Shown piece after piece: positions 54,950 through 59,225 of a stretch of DNA of 59,225 nucleotides. The first letter of the stretch is position 1. Every line of letters starts with the position of its first letter. The stretch lies in NCBI GenBank assembly GCA_937862865.1, contig CALMFJ010000017.1, positions 1 to 59,225 on the forward strand, written 5' to 3'. Under the pieces are notes generated by a model that saw only the letters and a program-made list of their open reading frames with translations, was not told where the DNA came from and did no database searches. Source of the DNA: an uncultured Pseudomonadota bacterium. GTDB taxonomy: Bacteria > Desulfobacterota > Syntrophorhabdia > Syntrophorhabdales > Syntrophorhabdaceae. A program made the translations under genes and the position numbers.

Positions 54950-55689
54950 AAATCAAACACCGGTCCTTCTTTGCAAACCCTTTTCAGGGGGTTTATCTCA
55001 TCCTTCGTTTCCGCCACGCACCCGAAACAGAGGCCGAGGCCGCATGCCATCCTTTCCTCGACCGAGACCTGGCACGGGACCTTATCCGCGTCGAGGAGGC
55101 CTTTCAAGCTTACGATCATTCCCCTGGGACCGCAGGCAAATACGGTCGGCCCCTGTGAGCGGTAAGATGCCAGGTGTTCCTTTAACAGGGAAACGACATT
55201 CCCGTGATACCCGTGGGAGCCGTCAAGCGTTGCGGTCAAAACCTCGATGCCTTTGAGGTCGGAAAGCAGGGGAAGCTCCGTCCTTCCCGAGATCCCCAGG
55301 AACAATACCGCTCTTTTCCCGAGCCTCTTCAGGAGCATCCGCACCCCGGCGTAACCGATGCCTCCCGCCACGACAAGGCATACCCCCGTCGGCGGCACCG
55401 AAAACCCCCGGCCCAGCGGCCCGAGCACCATGACGGGGGCCCTCTTGCCGGCGCGGCTCAAAGCTTCTGTGCCTTTGCCGACGACCCGGTACATGACCGT
55501 CACCGTCGTGCCCCGTGCATCATAGATGCTGAACGGCCTGCGGAGAAATATCTCGCGGTCGGGGACCTTCAGCATGACGAACTGGCCCGGGACGGCTTCC
55601 CCGAGGGGTCTTTCGAGCCGTACAGTCAGGCGGTAATAACCCGGGATCACGGCGCTGTTCTCTCGTATCGTTCCCGGTATATCGTCCAT
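54931..55689 (-). CDS. pyrK: dihydroorotate dehydrogenase electron-transfer subunit
   Basis: FNR-like FAD/NAD fold (RPFSI) and the C-terminal 2Fe-2S cluster MACGLGLCFGC. Confidence 0.9.
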   Translation of the reverse strand: MDDIPGTIRENSAVIPGYYRLTVRLERPLGEAVPGQFVMLKVPDREIFLRRPFSIYDARGTTVTVMYRVVGKGTEALSRAGKRAPVMVLGPLGRGFSVPPTGVCLVVAGGIGYAGVRMLLKRLGKRAVLFLGISGRTELPLLSDLKGIEVLTATLDGSHGYHGNVVSLLKEHLASYRSQGPTVFACGPRGMIVSLKGLLDADKVPCQVSVEERMACGLGLCFGCVAETKDEINPLKRVCKEGPVFDLWELSL

Positions 55690-55763
55690 ATTTATACCTT
55701 CTAAGAGTATCGGTTTTGCTCACGGGATTCTAACCCGTACGGGCCGCGCATGCAAATCTTTTT

Positions 55764-55824
55764 GAGTAAGCAGCGGGCGGCGAGCGGTCTCTTGCTCTTC
55801 ACTGTTTACTGCTTACCGTTCACT
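55764..55824. repeat. heptamer-periodic inverted repeat, family 3 (GYRRRCR units), element H
   Basis: GTAAGCAG (55766-55773) pairs with CTGCTTAC (55809-55816). The next 14 positions pair only via G:T. The 7-nt loop is TCTCTTG. The minus strand reads GTGAACG GTAAGCA GTAAACA GTGAAGA GCAAGAG. Confidence 0.65.
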
Positions 55825-56283
55825 TCATTCTAAAGACAGTGCCATAACGATGGCGTCCTCATTTGTTTCGGTGTAATATCCCCTGCGTTTCCCGATGCGC
55901 TTGAAGCCGAGCCTTTCATAGAGGCCCTGCGCCGGAAAATTGGTTTCCCTGACCTCCAGAAAGCATTCTTCCACCGAATTGATGCGGGCGCTTTCAATCA
56001 CCCTCTTCATTATGTCAAGGCCGATCCCCTGGCGCCGGAGGGCCGGGTGCACCGCTATGTTCATAATGTGCATCTCGAGGCCTGCTTGATAGAATATAAC
56101 ATACCCCACGATGTCCCCGCTCTCGGTCATGACAAGGTTGCGGGCGACGGGTGATTCCAGGGTCTGCGCGAACATTCCCCGGGTCCACGGGGATATGAAG
56201 GAACGTTTTTCTATCTCTATGACGTCGGGGATATCCTCTTCGGTCATCCTGCGCATCTGCCGCTCACCCGAGGCCCCCGTCAT
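55825..56283 (-). CDS. rimI: ribosomal-protein-alanine N-acetyltransferase (GNAT)
   Basis: 152 aa GNAT with the acetyl-CoA motif LRRQGIG; RimI-like size and N-terminal MTEEDIPDVIEIEKRSF. Confidence 0.75.
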   Translation of the reverse strand: MTGASGERQMRRMTEEDIPDVIEIEKRSFISPWTRGMFAQTLESPVARNLVMTESGDIVGYVIFYQAGLEMHIMNIAVHPALRRQGIGLDIMKRVIESARINSVEECFLEVRETNFPAQGLYERLGFKRIGKRRGYYTETNEDAIVMALSLE

Positions 56284-56867
56284 GCGGGCCCGTTCGAATG
56301 AGCGCCCTTGAGCTCCTCGACCGTGTTCACATTCAAAAAGACGAGGTCTCCCCGGGCATTGAAAAAGCTCGGGTCATCTTTTACCACGTTCATCGTCACG
56401 TACGGGAATACACCGGACACCTTGAGCCGGTCAAGACCTATCAGACGTAGAAAATGGGGAAGGCAGGACCGGCCGTACACCGCATGCAGGGGCTGGAAGT
56501 GCGGCCCGATCATCGGGATGGTTATCTCCGCGTCGCCCGGTGCATTGAGCAGGCACGCCACGGCGTCCCGGGTAAGAAAAGGCATGTCGCAGGCGACGAC
56601 AAAAACCCGCGCCTTGTTCGCGTGAAGAAGCGCCGTTGCAATACCGACCATGGGGGTCTGGACGGGAATGATGTCGTCGATAACGGGTGCCTCAATACCG
56701 TCAAGGGAACCGTGTATCGAAGAGATTATCAGTATATCGTCGAAAACCTCTCTCACCGTGTCATAAACAGTCCTGATCAATGGCCGGCCCTGAAAATCGG
56801 CAGTTGCCTTGTCGCGGCCCATACGGAGGCTCCGTCCACCGGCGAGTATCGCACATGCCGTGTCCAT
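56280..56867 (-). CDS. mobA: molybdenum cofactor guanylyltransferase
   Basis: N-terminal AILAGGRSLRMGRDKA motif; 195 aa. Confidence 0.85.
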   Translation of the reverse strand: MDTACAILAGGRSLRMGRDKATADFQGRPLIRTVYDTVREVFDDILIISSIHGSLDGIEAPVIDDIIPVQTPMVGIATALLHANKARVFVVACDMPFLTRDAVACLLNAPGDAEITIPMIGPHFQPLHAVYGRSCLPHFLRLIGLDRLKVSGVFPYVTMNVVKDDPSFFNARGDLVFLNVNTVEELKGAHSNGPA

Positions 56868-57059
56868 GCAAAATACCTATCATCTTTCGGGTGCAATAGC
56901 AAAAAAACTCCGGCTCCGGCCAGGAGGGACATCACTGAAAACATTCATATATTTCCAGAAAAAGGTCTTTTTCCTGATGTTCAGCATATTGTTCACAATC
57001 TGGGGTACAAATACAGTTAAAAGTCAATAATTTTCGTATCTTATTTTCAGATTTTTCAG

Positions 57060-57089
57060 TTGACAACAGCCATCCCGATGACATAAGAT
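57060..57089 (+). promoter_or_regulatory. candidate sigma-70 promoter for dctQM
   Basis: TTGACA (57060-57065), 18 nt, TAAGAT (57084-57089), in an AT-rich 275-nt divergent intergenic region. Confidence 0.4.
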
Positions 57090-57142
57090 GTGATACAAGT
57101 TACTGGGGTAAAGGTACATTTCTAGTTACAATAGGAGGAGCA

Positions 57143-57628
57143 ATGGGAGCCATACTTTGGATTGCTGAGAAACTCAGCAAATTGATGAGCGTCATTGCCG
57201 GGGCAGCCCTTACATTTATCATGCTGCTCACAGTGTGTGACGTTTTCCTGCGCTACTTCTTCGACCGGCCTATTATCGGTACATTCGAGATAGTTGGTTT
57301 GGGCGGGGCGGTAGCCATCGGTTTCGCCCTTCCCATTACATCATGGATGAGGGGCCACATCTTCGTCGATTTTTTTGTCGTCAAGTTCAACAAAGTGGGG
57401 CAGGGCATAATCAATGTCATCACGCGCCTTGTCAGCATCGGCCTTTTTTATATCATCGGTCACAATCTGATCAAGTACGGGTATGACCTCTATAAATCCG
57501 GCGAGGTATCCCTGACACGGCAGATACCGTTCTATCCCGTCGCATACGGGATGGCGGTGTGCTCCTTCATCTTGTGCCTCGTTCTGATCTGTGACATCAT
57601 CAAGATCTTCGGAGGTCAATATGAGTGA
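57143..57628 (+). CDS. dctQ: TRAP transporter small permease
   Basis: 161 aa, four predicted TM segments. RBS AGGAGG lies upstream. 8-nt overlap with the dctM start. Confidence 0.85.
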   Translation: MGAILWIAEKLSKLMSVIAGAALTFIMLLTVCDVFLRYFFDRPIIGTFEIVGLGGAVAIGFALPITSWMRGHIFVDFFVVKFNKVGQGIINVITRLVSIGLFYIIGHNLIKYGYDLYKSGEVSLTRQIPFYPVAYGMAVCSFILCLVLICDIIKIFGGQYE

Positions 57629-58928
57629 TCCTATTACTGTTGGAATCGTCGGCCTGCTCGTCGTACTTGTCCTGTTCCTCACCGGCATCGAGCTGGGGTT
57701 CGCCATGGTCCTCATGGGCTTTCTCGGCTTCGGGTACCTCATCTCTTTCGATGCGGCCCTCAACCTGCTGGCAAAGGACATGTACGACGTTCTCAATTCG
57801 TACAGCTTTACCGTCATCCCCCTGTTCGTCCTCATGGGGCAGGTGGCATTCAACTCAGGCATAGCGAAGCGCCTTTTTGACTCTGCCCATAAATTTATCG
57901 GTCACATTCCCGGCGGGCTTGCCATGGCAACCGTCGGCGGGGCCACAGTATTTAAAGCGATATGCGGTTCTTCCCCCGCGACGTCCGCAACGTTTGCCAG
58001 CGTCGCGGTCCCCGAGATGGACCGGTACGGATACGACAAGCGGCTCTCGACGGGTATCGTCGCCACGGTCGGTACGCTGGGCATCCTGCTTCCCCCCAGC
58101 GTAACCCTTATCCTGTACGGCATCATCACCGACCAGTCGATCGGACGGCTCTTCCTTGCCGGCATAGTCCCCGGCCTCATCATAGCCTTCCTGTTCATTG
58201 CGGTTATTTACGGATGGTGCAAGATGAACCCCGCCATCGGGCCCAAGAGCGCGAAGGCGACCTGGAAGGAACGGTTCAAGACCATACCTGAGGTCCTTAT
58301 GGTCATGGTTATTTTCTGCCTCGTCATCGGCGGCATCCTTGGCGGCGTGTTCACCCCCACTGAAGCGGGCAGCGTCGGAACATTCCTCGTTCTTGTCATG
58401 ACCTTCGCGATGCGCGACCTCAACATCAAGGGATACATCAAGTCCGTCGCCGAATCCGTCAGGACGGCCACAATGGTCCTTATGCTCATCGCCGGCTCTA
58501 CGGTCCTCGGCCACTTCATCGCGGTCACCACGATCCCCATGGTCGCGGCCGACTGGATCGTCAGCCTCAACATGCCTTCATGGGTCATCGTCATTTTCAT
58601 CGCCCTTATCTACCTTATCGGCGGGTCCTTCATCGATGACCTCGCCTTCATGATCCTGGCGACCCCGATCTTCTACCCGGCCATCCTCAAGCTCGGCTAC
58701 GACCCGATGTGGTTCGGTATCCTCATCGGCATCACCGTCATGCTCGGCGTCGTTCTTCCCCCGATGGCCATCTGCGTCTTTGTCGTCAAGCAGATCACCA
58801 AGACCCCGTTCAGCGTCATTTACAACGGCGTCTACCCGTTCCTCATCAGCATCATCCTGGGCGGCGTCCTCGTCTTCCTTTTCCCCTTTCTCTCGACATG
58901 GCTGCCCCACTGGCTGATGCCCGGCTAA
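57621..58928 (+). CDS. dctM: TRAP transporter large permease
   Basis: About 435 aa polytopic DctM-family protein. RBS GGAGG lies 5 nt upstream of ATG 57621; the ORF-track start at 57591 is rejected. Confidence 0.9.
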   Translation: MSDPITVGIVGLLVVLVLFLTGIELGFAMVLMGFLGFGYLISFDAALNLLAKDMYDVLNSYSFTVIPLFVLMGQVAFNSGIAKRLFDSAHKFIGHIPGGLAMATVGGATVFKAICGSSPATSATFASVAVPEMDRYGYDKRLSTGIVATVGTLGILLPPSVTLILYGIITDQSIGRLFLAGIVPGLIIAFLFIAVIYGWCKMNPAIGPKSAKATWKERFKTIPEVLMVMVIFCLVIGGILGGVFTPTEAGSVGTFLVLVMTFAMRDLNIKGYIKSVAESVRTATMVLMLIAGSTVLGHFIAVTTIPMVAADWIVSLNMPSWVIVIFIALIYLIGGSFIDDLAFMILATPIFYPAILKLGYDPMWFGILIGITVMLGVVLPPMAICVFVVKQITKTPFSVIYNGVYPFLISIILGGVLVFLFPFLSTWLPHWLMPG

Positions 58929-58951
58929 GACAACATCCCGAACATTCAAAA

Positions 58952-58978
58952 CCCCGCTTCGCAGGAGGCGGGGTTTTT
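58952..58978 (+). terminator. intrinsic terminator after dctM
   Basis: CCCCGCTTC-GCAG-GAGGCGGGG (9-bp stem including one G:T) followed by TTTTT. Confidence 0.8.
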
Positions 58979-59225
58979 CGTTCTACGTTCTACGTTCTAC
59001 GTCTAATCATTCCGATCTTGCCGGACAATCAGCCCCCTTCGATTGAGTCCTTGCGCCATTCTGCTTCGCGCGTCATCGCCAGCCAGGTTCCTCTTTTCTC
59101 TGGGTACCCGGGGCCCGAGGCTTTGTTTGATGGCTTTTGAAAGTTAATATTCTCGGAATACAGGAAAGAGGGGCCCTGCATGAAAGGAATACTTACATCG
59201 GGATTGTTAACGTAGAACGCGGAAC
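58979..59225. repeat. heptamer-periodic repeat, family 2, element G (right arm cut by window end)
   Basis: 58979-59006 reads CGTTCTA CGTTCTA CGTTCTA CGTCTAA. At 59208-59225, TAACGTAGAACGCGGAAC is the inverted partner and matches the right arm of element F at 17/18. The arms are separated by about 200 nt. Confidence 0.8.

Overview
This 59.2-kb GC-rich window is a core chromosomal region of a Gram-negative bacterium. The lineage looks anaerobic and Desulfobacterota/deltaproteobacterium-like; this is inferred from gene content (rubredoxin/rubrerythrin/PerR-like set, class 1B DHODH, HprK plus PTS-Ntr, LPS transport genes). I support about 60 protein genes, one tRNA-Ser(GCU), several promoters and terminators, and eight intergenic repeat elements.

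Gene order:
- Plus-strand block: a 5'-truncated hybrid sensor kinase, epmA, a rubrerythrin-like / Fur-family / rubredoxin set, lgt and carB.
- Long minus-strand blocks: nadE, crp-like, alaS, recA, thpR, cinA(pncC), pgpA, hisI-F-A, and a liv-type ABC transporter with a GntR regulator.
- A very long collinear minus-strand array: pyrG-kdsA-kdsD-lptC/A-lptB-rpoN-hpf-ptsN-hprK-rapZ-EIIA(Man)-ptsH-ptsI-metK-ahcY-pfkB kinase-mscS-GT9.
- Then apgM-like/hom, recJ, pyrD/pyrK, rimI, mobA and a TRAP dctQM pair.

I saw no CRISPR array, prophage, transposase, toxin or defence genes.

The most unusual signal is non-coding. Eight intergenic gaps carry inverted-repeat elements whose arms are tandem 7-nt units. 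There are three different heptamer families with the same architecture. I cannot assign them to a described repeat class from sequence alone.

Secondary oddities:
- lgt has no canonical start codon for its conserved N-terminus.
- An apparent membrane-anchored LptC-LptA fusion.
- A structured 178-nt ahcY leader.
- A small secreted polylysine protein.
- An unlisted rubredoxin ORF.

All coordinates were hand-indexed; hairpin and motif ends may be off by 1-2 nt. No database or folding computation was run.
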